Source of the DNA: Dehalococcoidia bacterium
Lineage (GTDB): Bacteria > Chloroflexota > Dehalococcoidia > Lucifugimonadales > UBA3495
Assembly (NCBI GenBank): GCA_963665395.2
Contig: OY762251.1
Span: 432,151-496,150 of the forward strand
DNA length: 64,000 nt
Direction of reading: 5' to 3'
The notes under the pieces were generated by a model. That model saw nothing but the letters and a program-made list of their open reading frames with translations, was not told where the DNA came from and did no database searches. A program made the translations under genes and the position numbers. Positions within the stretch are counted from its first letter, which is position 1. Each line of letters opens with the position of its first letter. Shown one piece after another: positions 1 through 9,500 of this stretch.

Positions 1-558
1 CGTGTCGGCGTAGCGGGCATCTCCAGTCCGCATCTCCAAACCGGGACAACGGGCGGCCACGGGCTCCAGCCACGCCGGCGCGGCCCGGGGCTCTTCCCGG
101 TGAGCGCCAATAACCACCTGATCCAGCGCCGCCAACCCCTCCCGACTGAACACGCATCGCGCTTTCAACGGTTCCCCTGCTTCCCCAACCCCCCGCCGGG
201 TCTTCCCATCCAGCGCGGCGGTGGCAATGCCATCGCCACGCTGCGCCTGTAGCGCTATTACAAACTCCAGCAGCGCCGGGCGCACTTCCCCTGCTGACAC
301 CATCCCCAGCAGCCGGGACAAGGTCGGCGCTGACGGGCTGCGCCGCAATCCCAGCCGGGTCAACAACGGTGGGCGCCTATCGCCAAAGCGATAGATGGCG
401 CTCAGCGACGGGCAATCGCGCCTCAGACCCAGCGCCGTCAAACTCAATACGCCCTCCAACGGGTGCGCCAATCCCCGACGCAACCGATGATCACTCAGCC
501 GGCCCAGATGCTCCCGCAACAACCCAAACTCTTCGCTCAATGCGCTGCCGCTTTCCAT
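1..558 (-). CDS. ISAs1-family (H-repeat / DDE_Tnp_1-associated) transposase, N-terminal 186 codons; the ORF runs off the window edge
   Basis: Own minus-strand translation from ATG 558..556, with GGAGG 7 nt upstream: MESGSALSEEFGLLREHLGRLSDHRLRRGLAHPLEGVLSLTALGL...SAIYRFG...PSAPTLSRLL...DGKTRRG. This fits the ISAs1 N-terminal pattern. It is absent from the ORF track because no stop lies in the window. Confidence 0.7.
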   Translation of the reverse strand, partial: MESGSALSEEFGLLREHLGRLSDHRLRRGLAHPLEGVLSLTALGLRRDCPSLSAIYRFGDRRPPLLTRLGLRRSPSAPTLSRLLGMVSAGEVRPALLEFVIALQAQRGDGIATAALDGKTRRGVGEAGEPLKARCVFSREGLAALDQVVIGAHREEPRAAPAWLEPVAARCPGLEMRTGDARYADT

Positions 559-608
559 CGCCGTACCTCCCCACCCTATTCTCATGCCTCTCTACGACTT
601 TAGAAAGG
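1..608 (-). mobile_element. Terminal part of an ISAs1-like insertion sequence; the inner end is estimated at about 600-608
   Basis: The transposase start is at 558. Homology of the flanking surface-protein gene begins abruptly at nt 609, in the middle of a repeat. The exact IS terminus was not determined. Confidence 0.5.
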
Positions 609-3600
609 CCCTGGCCCAGCGCCGGTACTTGCTCCGCCGCGCTAACCGGCGCGACCCACAGCCTCTCCAACCTCGCCGCGGGGACGGGGTACGTCTATCG
701 GGCGTACTCCGACTCCACCTGCTCGACCGAGGTCGCCAGCGAGGCGTTCAGCGCCTCCGTCACGGTGGGGAACCTGAACGAGGGGTTGTCAGGATCGCGT
801 GACGTGGGCAACTGGCAGCCTCATGGCACCGGCCGGCGGGATTGGGCCAACGGCTTCACCACCGGCCCGCACCCCACCGGCTACACGTTGTCGAGCGTGA
901 CCGCCAAGTTCGGCAATGCCAGCGGTTCGCCCGGCGACTTGGCGGTGGCGATCTACACGGACAGCAGCGGCGCGCCGGGCACGTCGGCGACGACGCTGAG
1001 CGGGGACAGCGCTCCAACCACGGCGGGCGATTACGCCTACGCCTGCTCGACCGGCTGCGACTTGTCGAAGGGAACGGCGTACCACCTGGCGTTGTCGGTG
1101 GACTTCACCCAGAAAGCCTATTACACCTGGCGTCGAACCACCGCCAACCGGGAGACGAACACGCCGAGCAACGCCGGTTGGAGCATCGCCAACACCAGCC
1201 ATCGCAAAGCCGGCTCCTGGACTACCTTCCAGGCCGGCGGAGTCAGTGTGTTCGAGGTGATGGCGACGCCGAAGCCGGCGCTGTTGGCCGGCAGCGTTAC
1301 CGACACCACGGCGGCGCTGACGCTCACCGGCCGTACCGACGGCTGGTGGCTGAAGCAGACGTCGCCGGCGACGGGAACCTGCACGGCGGGCGAGTCCGAC
1401 TACTCCCACGCCCTGAGCACCCTGACCGGCGGCACTGCCTACACTTACAAGGCGTACAGCGACAGCGCCTGCACGACCGAACTGTTCAGCGCGACGTTCA
1501 CCACCTTCGTCTCGTCGCTGATCGCCGGCAGCGTCACCGGCACGACGGCGACGCTGACCATCGGCAACCACACCGGCAACTGGCACCTCAAGCAGACCGC
1601 GCCCTCGGTCGGCAGTTGCTCCGCCGCCATCACCGGCACGACGCACGATTTGAGCACCCTCACGGCGAACACGACCTACACCTACCAGGCGTACCGCGAC
1701 AGCGGCTGCGCGACTGAGATCGCCAGCGCGACGTTCACCACCCTGGTCTCGTCGCTGGCTGCCAGCAGCGTCACCGACACCACGGCGACGCTGACCATCG
1801 GCAATCACACCGGCAACTGGTACGTCAAGCAGACCGCGCCCTCGGTCGGCAGTTGCTCCTCCGCCATCACCGGCACGACCCACGATTTGAGCACCCTGAC
1901 CGGCGGCACGACCTACACCTACCAGGCGTACCGCGACAGCGGCTGCGCGACTGAGATCGCCATCGCGACATTCACCACCCTGGTCTCGGTCAGCAGCCTG
2001 GGCAACAGTCGGATTGACGCTAGGTTAGTCGGCTACCTAGTCGGCGTTCACCAGAAAGCCGCCGCCCAGTTCACCACCGGCGGCTACTCCAACGGCTACG
2101 CTCTGTCCTCCGTCACCATCAAGATTGACGATTACTTCCACAGCTTCGGCACGCCCGGGGACCTGACCGTGGCCATCTACTCCAATGGCTCCGACGGCAA
2201 GCCGAATACCCTGGTGACGACGCTGACCGGGAGCAACCCCACCGGCGCGGGCCAATTCACCTACCGCTGCACATCGAGCTGCTCCCTGTCGGCCGGCACC
2301 AGTTACCACGTGCTGCTGGAGACGCCCAACGCCAGTGGACCCAACTCCTACTACGGATGGGAATCCTCAAATTCGAGCGCCGAGGTCCAGCAGCCGTTGG
2401 GCAACGGCTGGTCCATCGGGAAATCGTTCGAATACGACCCCAACGTGTGGTCGGATCTGACCCATTACCTCAAGTTCCAGGTAACGGCGACGCCGAACCC
2501 CAGCCTCGAACCGTCCAGCATCACCAGCACGACGGCGACGCTTACCCTGGCCAACCACACCGGCAACTGGTACGTCAAGCAGACCGCGCCCTCGTCCGGC
2601 AGTTGCTCCTCCGTCATCACCGGCACGACCCACGATTTGAGCGCCCTGACCGCCGGCGCGTGGTACACCTACCGGGCCTACGGCGCCAGCGGCTGCGCCG
2701 ACGCCGACGAGCTGGCCGCCGCGGTCTTCTCCGCCGCCGTCGCCGTCAGCAGCCTCAGCGAGGGGAATGCGCATACCAATTCCATCGGCTACGCGTCCGG
2801 TGGTCAACAAACGAGGTCGCAAGCCTTCACCACCGGCTCGAACCCCGGCGGCTACACGCTGTCCAGCGTCTCCGTCATGTCCATGGCGAAGCGAGGGAAC
2901 CCGGCCAGCTTCGTGGTGAAGCTGCACGCGGCGTCCGGGAACCACCCGGGCACGGAGTTGGCCACCCTCAGCGGGGACGACCCGGACACGGCCGGAACGC
3001 ACGCCTACACCTGCTCCGGCGCCGGGTGCGCCCTGGCGGCGAACACCACCTACCACGTCGCGATGAGCGCGCCCAACAGTCCCACCGGCACCAACGCCTA
3101 CGAAATCAGGATGACGCATTCGGACAATGAGACGAATACGCCGTCCTCCGGCGACTGGTCTATTGCAAACGGCGGCCGGGTGCTCAATTACACCAGCCAG
3201 TTTGCGTATAAGATCCAGGTGGCTGCGCTGCCCAGGCCGTCGCTGATCGCCGGCGGCGTCACCGACACGACGGCGACGCTGACGCTGACGGGCCACCTCG
3301 GCGACTGGTGGCTGAAGGAGACGTCGCCGGCGACGGGAACCTGCACGGCGGGGGAGGCGGACTACTCCCACGCCTTGAGCTCTCTTACCGCCGGCGCTGC
3401 CTACACCTACAAGGCCTACCGCGCCAGCGGCTGCGCCAGCGCGGACGAGATTACCGGCGCGACGTTCACCACCCCGGTAACGGTCAGCAGCCTGGGCAAC
3501 GCTCGGAATGGCCATGTCATCGTCGGCAAGTCATTCGGCAATCAACAGAAAACCGCGGCCCGGTTCACCGCCGGCAGCAACTCCGGCGGCTACAATCTGT

Positions 3601-3986
3601 CCTCCGTCACCATCGAGTTTGACACTAAATACGGCACGACCGGAGACCTGACCGTGGCCATCTACTCCAACCACAACAGCGGCAAGCCCGATACCCTGGC
3701 GACGACGCTGACCGGGAGCAACCCCACCGGCGCGGGCCAATTCACCTACCGCTGCGCCGCCAGCTGCTCCCTGACGGCCGATACCAGTTACCACGTGGTG
3801 CTGGAAGCGCCCGACGCCGTCGGCGCCAACGACGGCTACTCATGGGAAACTTCGAGTGCGAACACCCAGGTCAAGCAGCCGTTGGGCAACGGCTGGTCCA
3901 TCGGGAAATCGTACAAGCACACCCACACCTCATGGAGTGAAGAGAGCTCGTTCTTCAAGTTCCAGGTGACGGCGACGCCGAAGTAA
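369..3986 (+). CDS. Repeat surface protein, 5'-truncated by the ISAs1 insertion and probably a pseudogene; Cys-containing FN3-like repeats alternate with four copies of an unassigned module of about 170 aa
   Basis: ORF track, 1205 aa. Real homology starts at codon 81 (nt 609) with half an FN3-like repeat (PSAGTCSAALTGATHSLSNLAAGTGYVYRAYSDSTCSTE). The FN3-like consensus is TATLTLxNHTGxW(W/Y)xKQT..C..T.YTY.AY.DS.C. The module consensus is FTTG....GY.LSSVT ... DL.VAIYS ... NGWSI ... KFQVTATP. The nominal GTG at 369 lies inside the IS, and there is no signal peptide. Confidence 0.6.
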   Translation: MGAYRQSDRWRSATGNRASDPAPSNSIRPPTGAPIPDATDDHSAGPDAPATTQTLRSMRCRFPSPYLPTLFSCLSTTLERPWPSAGTCSAALTGATHSLSNLAAGTGYVYRAYSDSTCSTEVASEAFSASVTVGNLNEGLSGSRDVGNWQPHGTGRRDWANGFTTGPHPTGYTLSSVTAKFGNASGSPGDLAVAIYTDSSGAPGTSATTLSGDSAPTTAGDYAYACSTGCDLSKGTAYHLALSVDFTQKAYYTWRRTTANRETNTPSNAGWSIANTSHRKAGSWTTFQAGGVSVFEVMATPKPALLAGSVTDTTAALTLTGRTDGWWLKQTSPATGTCTAGESDYSHALSTLTGGTAYTYKAYSDSACTTELFSATFTTFVSSLIAGSVTGTTATLTIGNHTGNWHLKQTAPSVGSCSAAITGTTHDLSTLTANTTYTYQAYRDSGCATEIASATFTTLVSSLAASSVTDTTATLTIGNHTGNWYVKQTAPSVGSCSSAITGTTHDLSTLTGGTTYTYQAYRDSGCATEIAIATFTTLVSVSSLGNSRIDARLVGYLVGVHQKAAAQFTTGGYSNGYALSSVTIKIDDYFHSFGTPGDLTVAIYSNGSDGKPNTLVTTLTGSNPTGAGQFTYRCTSSCSLSAGTSYHVLLETPNASGPNSYYGWESSNSSAEVQQPLGNGWSIGKSFEYDPNVWSDLTHYLKFQVTATPNPSLEPSSITSTTATLTLANHTGNWYVKQTAPSSGSCSSVITGTTHDLSALTAGAWYTYRAYGASGCADADELAAAVFSAAVAVSSLSEGNAHTNSIGYASGGQQTRSQAFTTGSNPGGYTLSSVSVMSMAKRGNPASFVVKLHAASGNHPGTELATLSGDDPDTAGTHAYTCSGAGCALAANTTYHVAMSAPNSPTGTNAYEIRMTHSDNETNTPSSGDWSIANGGRVLNYTSQFAYKIQVAALPRPSLIAGGVTDTTATLTLTGHLGDWWLKETSPATGTCTAGEADYSHALSSLTAGAAYTYKAYRASGCASADEITGATFTTPVTVSSLGNARNGHVIVGKSFGNQQKTAARFTAGSNSGGYNLSSVTIEFDTKYGTTGDLTVAIYSNHNSGKPDTLATTLTGSNPTGAGQFTYRCAASCSLTADTSYHVVLEAPDAVGANDGYSWETSSANTQVKQPLGNGWSIGKSYKHTHTSWSEESSFFKFQVTATPK

Positions 3987-4039
3987 GGAGCAAGGCCGGC
4001 GCAAAAGGGGGGCCGGGGGCGGTTGCGAGGGTAGTTGCC

Positions 4040-6541
4040 CTACTCCGGCCCTGCGGGCGCCTCGTTGCCCGCCATGCGGTAGCCGACGCGGCGTTCGGCG
4101 ATGATGTACTTGGGGTTGCCGGCGTCGTCGTCGAGCTTGAGGCGCAACCGCCGCACGTGGGTGCGCAGGGCCGCCACGTTGCCGGACTTCCCGCCGCCCC
4201 AGACCCGACGCAGCAACTGGTCGTAGGTCAGCGTCCGGCCTCCACTGAGCGACAGCGCGCGCAGCAGGTCGTACTCCTTGGCGGTGACCGGCGCCGGACG
4301 GCCGGCAACGGAAACCAGCCTTATGGCGTAGTCGATGGTCAGGTCGCCCAAGACGTAGGGTTCCGGCGTCTCGAACGGGAAAGGCCCTCCCCGACGGCGC
4401 AGCGCCGCCCGCACCCGGGCCACCAGCTCCGCGGGGGCAAAAGGCTTGACGATGTAGTCGGAGGCTCCCATATCGAAGGCCCTGGCGATTATCTCCTCCT
4501 GGCCGTAGGCGGAGAGGAAGACCACCGGCACGTCGGCGACGGCGAATATATCCTGCATCAGCTCGATGCCGTCAGAGCCGGGCAGCATCATGTCCAACAG
4601 CGCCAGGACGGGCCGATTTTCCCCAATCAGGCGGAGGGCCTCTTCCGGGTCGGCGGCGACAATGGGGTCGTAGCCGGCGCCGGAAAGGGCTTGCCTGACG
4701 TACCGCAGCGTCTGCGGGTCGTCGTCAACCACCAGGATGGGGTCGCCGCCGCTAGCTCTCTCTGCCATTTCCTGCCGCCCGCTCGCGGCGAACGCGCGGG
4801 CCGCCAGCGTCGCCTCTTCCACCGCGGGCAGGGTGAAGCTGAACCGCGCGCCGAGGCTGGGCCCCTCGCTCTCGGCCCAGATGCGTCCCCCGTGGGCCGC
4901 CACAATGCCCCGGCTGATAGCCAGGCCCAGGCCGGTGTCGCCGGCTTGCTCCCTGGCCCCGGTCTCCGAGAACTTACGGAACAGGCGGGGCAGTTGCTCC
5001 GAAGGTATCCCCCGGCCTTCGTCAGCGACGAACATGACGACGTGGCCGCCCTCCCGAAACGCGCCCAGCTTGATTGTGGTTGCGGCGGGGGAGTGCCGGG
5101 CGGCGTTGGACAGCAGGTTGCCGATGACCTGGACGATGCGCCGGCGGTCCGCCATCACCGCGGGCAGGCGGGGCGCCAGGTCGATGTCGAGACTGCTCCG
5201 GCCGCCGCCGCTCAGGAAGATGTTCCGCGCCCGGTCCACCAGCAGGGCCACCTCGGTCGGTTCCGGGCTTACCGGCAGCGCGCCCGTCTCAATCCGCGCC
5301 ACGTCCAGCAGGTCGTCGATCAGTTCCCTCATGTTGTCGGACTGGTCCACGATGATGCGCTGGAACTGGCGCAACTCGGCCGGGGCCAGGTCCGACGCGG
5401 CGTCCAGCACGGCCGTGGCCGAGCCCCGGATGGACATCAGCGGGGAACGCAGTTCGTGGCTGACCATGCCCAGAAATTCGGCCCGCAGCCGCGCCGGCTC
5501 TTCCAGCGGCGTCAGGTCCTGGAGCGTGATGACGAAGGACTCGACGCCGCCGTCTGGCGACCGGATGGGCGTGGCGTTGAGCAGGACGGCCACGCTCCGC
5601 CCGTCGGGAACGCTGAGGACGATCTCCTCGGCTCGCACCGTTTCGCCGGCGCTCAGGGCCTCGGCGAAGGGCCATTCCCGCAGGGAGACCGCCCGCCCGT
5701 CGGCGCGGCGGACGGTCATGACGTCCAGCAACTCTTCGGGCCGCTGCGTCGGTTCCCGCAGGTCGTCCACGATCCGCGAGGCTTCCCGGTTGAACGACAG
5801 GGGCGCGCCGGTCAGGCCGTCGAAGACGACCACCCCCACGGGCGAGGTCTCCACCAGGGTCTCCAGGGCCGACCTGGCCTGACGTTCGTCCCGGTATTGC
5901 CGGGCGTTGGCAATGACCAGGGCGGCCTGAGAAGCGAACATCACCAGCGTCTCCTCGTCTTCACGGCTGAACATCTGGCCGGGCTCTCCGTTGCCCATGT
6001 GAATGTTGCCCACCCGGACGCCCCGGTGCCGGATGGGAACCGCCAGGAAGGAGCTCATCGGCACCGGCGGCCGGAACTCGGGCAGCCCCATGGCCCGGGC
6101 GTGGCTGGGAAAGTCGGACAGGCGCAGCGGTTCCGGGAACGAGTTGATGTAGTCAAACACCTCCCGGCCGCCCGGCATCGCCCAAAGTCGCTGCGCTTCC
6201 TCGGGCGTGAACCCGGAGGCCAGGAAGTCGTCAATCCGCCCCGCTGCGTCCAAAGTAGTCATCACGCCGTAGCGGGCGCCGGTCAAGGACCGGGCGCTGT
6301 CCAGCGCCTTCTGCAACACCGCGTCCAGCTCCAGGCTGTCGTTGATGCTCAGGCTGGCCTCGCTCAGCCGGGTCAGGCGGTCTTCCAGGGCCGCGATCCG
6401 CCGGTCGCGGTCGTCGTTCCGGGTCACGGTCTCATCTCCCGCTAAATCCAGCTTCGAGTGTACACCATCGGCGGCGCGTGACGGGAATGCCTTTGCCGAA
6501 GTCATTATAACGTAATCAAAAATTGCGGGTAATGTTTTCAA
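4040..6541 (-). CDS. Hybrid sensor histidine kinase fused to a full OmpR-type response regulator (GAF-PAS-HisKA-HATPase_c-REC-winged helix)
   Basis: H-box SHELRSPL; ATPase motifs DEGRGI and GLGLAI; receiver ILVVDDDP...LLDMMLPG...KPF; C-terminal TAKEYDLL...RVGYRM winged helix. The start is uncertain: ATG 6541, ATG 6505 or GTG 6424. Confidence 0.85.
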   Translation of the reverse strand: MKTLPAIFDYVIMTSAKAFPSRAADGVHSKLDLAGDETVTRNDDRDRRIAALEDRLTRLSEASLSINDSLELDAVLQKALDSARSLTGARYGVMTTLDAAGRIDDFLASGFTPEEAQRLWAMPGGREVFDYINSFPEPLRLSDFPSHARAMGLPEFRPPVPMSSFLAVPIRHRGVRVGNIHMGNGEPGQMFSREDEETLVMFASQAALVIANARQYRDERQARSALETLVETSPVGVVVFDGLTGAPLSFNREASRIVDDLREPTQRPEELLDVMTVRRADGRAVSLREWPFAEALSAGETVRAEEIVLSVPDGRSVAVLLNATPIRSPDGGVESFVITLQDLTPLEEPARLRAEFLGMVSHELRSPLMSIRGSATAVLDAASDLAPAELRQFQRIIVDQSDNMRELIDDLLDVARIETGALPVSPEPTEVALLVDRARNIFLSGGGRSSLDIDLAPRLPAVMADRRRIVQVIGNLLSNAARHSPAATTIKLGAFREGGHVVMFVADEGRGIPSEQLPRLFRKFSETGAREQAGDTGLGLAISRGIVAAHGGRIWAESEGPSLGARFSFTLPAVEEATLAARAFAASGRQEMAERASGGDPILVVDDDPQTLRYVRQALSGAGYDPIVAADPEEALRLIGENRPVLALLDMMLPGSDGIELMQDIFAVADVPVVFLSAYGQEEIIARAFDMGASDYIVKPFAPAELVARVRAALRRRGGPFPFETPEPYVLGDLTIDYAIRLVSVAGRPAPVTAKEYDLLRALSLSGGRTLTYDQLLRRVWGGGKSGNVAALRTHVRRLRLKLDDDAGNPKYIIAERRVGYRMAGNEAPAGPE
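6504..6532 (-). promoter_or_regulatory. Candidate sigma70-like promoter for the kinase gene (TTACCC, 17 nt, TATAAT on the minus strand)
   Basis: Plus-strand gggtaa at 6527..6532 and attata at 6504..6509, with a 17-nt spacer. This is only meaningful if the kinase starts at GTG 6424 (GGAG 8 nt upstream). Confidence 0.25.
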
Positions 6542-6585
6542 AACATCATCGTAATATCTGATACCATACGGTTCGCTGAATCTCC

Positions 6586-9500
6586 ATGAAGTTCAGCCAA
6601 TCGGATAACAACCGAGGTACATTGATGTTCGGATCGCTAACGCAGAGCAAGCTGGCCGCCGGGTTTGGGGCCTTCCTCACCCGCCCCCGCGCGTTCCTCG
6701 CCCTGGCCGCCGTCGCCGTCCTAGTCGCTGCCGGGCTGATTGCCGCGTCGCTGCTGTCCGGCCCGGCCGGCGTCGCCTCGGCGCAGACGTCGCCGCCCAC
6801 CGGATGCGTGACGGGCGGCCCCGTAAAGGCCATCGCAACCGGCGGGGGCGACTTGACCCAGTTCGACATCGACGAAGGCCAGACCCTTTACTACGAACTC
6901 CAACTCCGCAATAACCCCAACGGCTCGGTAATGGTCGCTTCAGGCTTGCTGGAGCCGGATAACCCCAACGCGGACGAGCGGAACAAGCTGGACAACGCTG
7001 ACGTCACCGTCTCACCGAGCGTGCTGTTCTTCAACAGTTCCAACTGGAACCAGAGCCAATGGGTCGCGGTAAGCGCCCGCGAAGACGACGGCGCCGTTGA
7101 CGGCAAGGCCATCGTCGGCCACGAGGCCGTCGGCTCGCCCAACGACGTTACCTGCGTCGTCGTCAACGAAAAGGACAACGACACGCCCGCCGATCCAACC
7201 CCGACTCCTACCCCCACCCCCACGCCGACCCCCGAGCCCGCGAGCGTCGGCTTCGTGATTGCCAAGCCCGACGGAAGCCCGCTCACCATTAAAGACATTA
7301 ATGACAAGGACTTCCTCGGACTGTACGTCGCCAACAGCGGGTCGGCATCCTTCGTCGTCAGCCTGGCCACCCAGCCGGCCTCCGACGTGCCGGTCAACGT
7401 CACCAAGCACTATGACCGCTTCGGCACCGTCAACTTTAGTCCGGCGCGGCTGGACTTCACCACCAGCAACTGGAGTACGCCGCAGACGATAACCGTCTCC
7501 TCCACCGGCCCCGTTCCGGGCCGCAATGGCAGCGCCGTCCTGCGCCTGCGCGCCGACCGCGACACCGAGGACGAAGCCTACCGCCAACTGGTCTGGGCCG
7601 ACGTCCGCGTCCGCGAGTTTGACCCGCCGGCCCTCCTGCTGAGCGCCAACCCCCTGACCGTCAACGAAGGCTCCTCCGCAAGCTACGGCGTCCGCCTGCA
7701 CACCAAGCCCACGGCCAACGTGACCGTGACGCTGACCGAAGGCACGGGCAGCAGCGACGACACCGACGTTACCGTTGCCTCGTCCAAGACGCTGACCTTC
7801 ACCTCGGCCAACTATAAATCCGCTCAGGCGGTCACCGTGGCCGCCGCCCACGACGACGACCTGGTGAGCGGCTTCCGCGTCATCACCCACACCGCCGCCA
7901 GTACCGACGCCAAGTACGACGGCCTCACGGTGCAGCTTACCGCCAACGAAAACGAGAGCGACACCGCCGCCATCGTGGTGTCCACCAATGCCGTAACCGT
8001 TCCCGAAGGCGGCTCCGCAACCTACACCGTCAAACTCAGCAACCAGCCCTCGGGCGACGTGAACGTCAGCATAAACCCCAGCTCTACCAGCGGAGGCGGC
8101 GATGACGACATCAACGTCGCGCCCCGCTCGCTCGCCTTCACCAAGATTAACTGGCACACGGCGCAGACCGTAACCCTGTCCGCCGCCCCGGACGGCGACG
8201 ACCTGAACGGAACCAATACCATCACCCACACCGCCGCCGGCGCCAACTTCGACGCCGCGCGGCAGGTCTTCGTCACCGCCACCGAGGGCGACGACGACCA
8301 ACGCGGCTTCGTGGTGAACCCCGTCCCGGGCCCGGTCACCATCGCCGAGGGCGGATCGTTCTCATACACCATCAAACTGGGCACCCAGCCCACCGCCGAC
8401 GTGACCGTGGACTTCACGGTATATGACCCCAAGGACATTAGCTTCGAGCCGGTGAACCCCCCACCCACTTTTACCGCCAACAACTGGAGCACGGAGCAGA
8501 CGGTCACCTTCCGCGCCGATGAGGATAACAACGACTATGTGGACGACAGGGTGACCATTCACCACACCGTCACCACCACCGACGCCATCTACACCGAGCA
8601 GACGATCGGCGACATCGCCGTAACCGTTACGGACAACGACGCCGCCATCGTCCTGTCCGCCAACGCGGTGACCGTCCCCGAAAACAGCAGCGCAACCTAC
8701 ACCGTCAAGCTCAGCCACGCGCCCACGGCCGACGTGACCGTCACCATTGCCGAAGGCACGGGCAACGACGACGACACCAGCCTACGGGTCACCGGCCCGT
8801 CGTCAAAGCGGCTGACCTTCACCACGGCCAACTGGAATACCGCCCAGACGGTCCGAATCTACGCCGCCGGCGACTCCGACGCCGTGAACGGAACCCGCGC
8901 CATCAATCACACCGCCGCCGGCGGCGGCTTCGACAGCGCGCCCACCTTCTCCGTCACCGCCATTGAGCACGACTCCCGCGCCGCCATTATCCTCAGAAAC
9001 GCCGCCGATACCGGCAACGTCAGCAGCATCAACAACGTGCCGGAAAACGGCAGCGGCGTTGACTACAAAGTGAAACTGGCCGCCCAGCCCGCCGGCGACG
9101 TCACCGTTGCGCTCTCCGTAACCGGCGACGGCGACGTGAGCGTCCAGCCGGCTTCCCTTACCTTTACCGCCGGCAACTACGCGACGTTGCAGACCGTAAC
9201 CGTGAGCGCGGCAACCGACGCCGACCTGCTCAACGGAACCGCCACCATCGCCCACACGGCCACCGGCGGCGGCTACGACGGCCTGGCCGCCAAGAACCTG
9301 TCCGCCACCGAGACGGACACCACCGGCCAGATTAAGGTCAAGGACGCCAACGATAACGCGGACATCACCGGCATCAGCGTGCCGGAAGGCGGCAGCGCCG
9401 ACTACAAAGTGCAGCTCAGCCACTTGCCCACCGGCAACGTAACCGTCCGGCTGGCCCTGCAATCCACGTCCGACGACGGCGACGGCGACATCACTGCCAA

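Noticed and set aside
4157-6445. Very long ORFs antisense to, or out of frame with, recognisable genes. Examples: 789..1883 (-), 4157..6445 (+), 7012..8301 (-), 17666..19333 (-), 20306..21565 (-), 31658..33247 (-), 55500..57137 (-) and 57364..59259 (-).
   Set aside because: They are R/G/A/P-rich, low-complexity translations typical of shadow frames in high-GC DNA. Each overlaps a gene with clear family motifs on the other strand or in another frame.
7195-7240. The short tandem acccc/acgcc repeats here and at 50255..50300 were considered as microsatellites or regulatory repeats.
   Set aside because: They are in frame and encode Pro-Thr linkers (PTPTPTPTPTP) between domains of secreted proteins.
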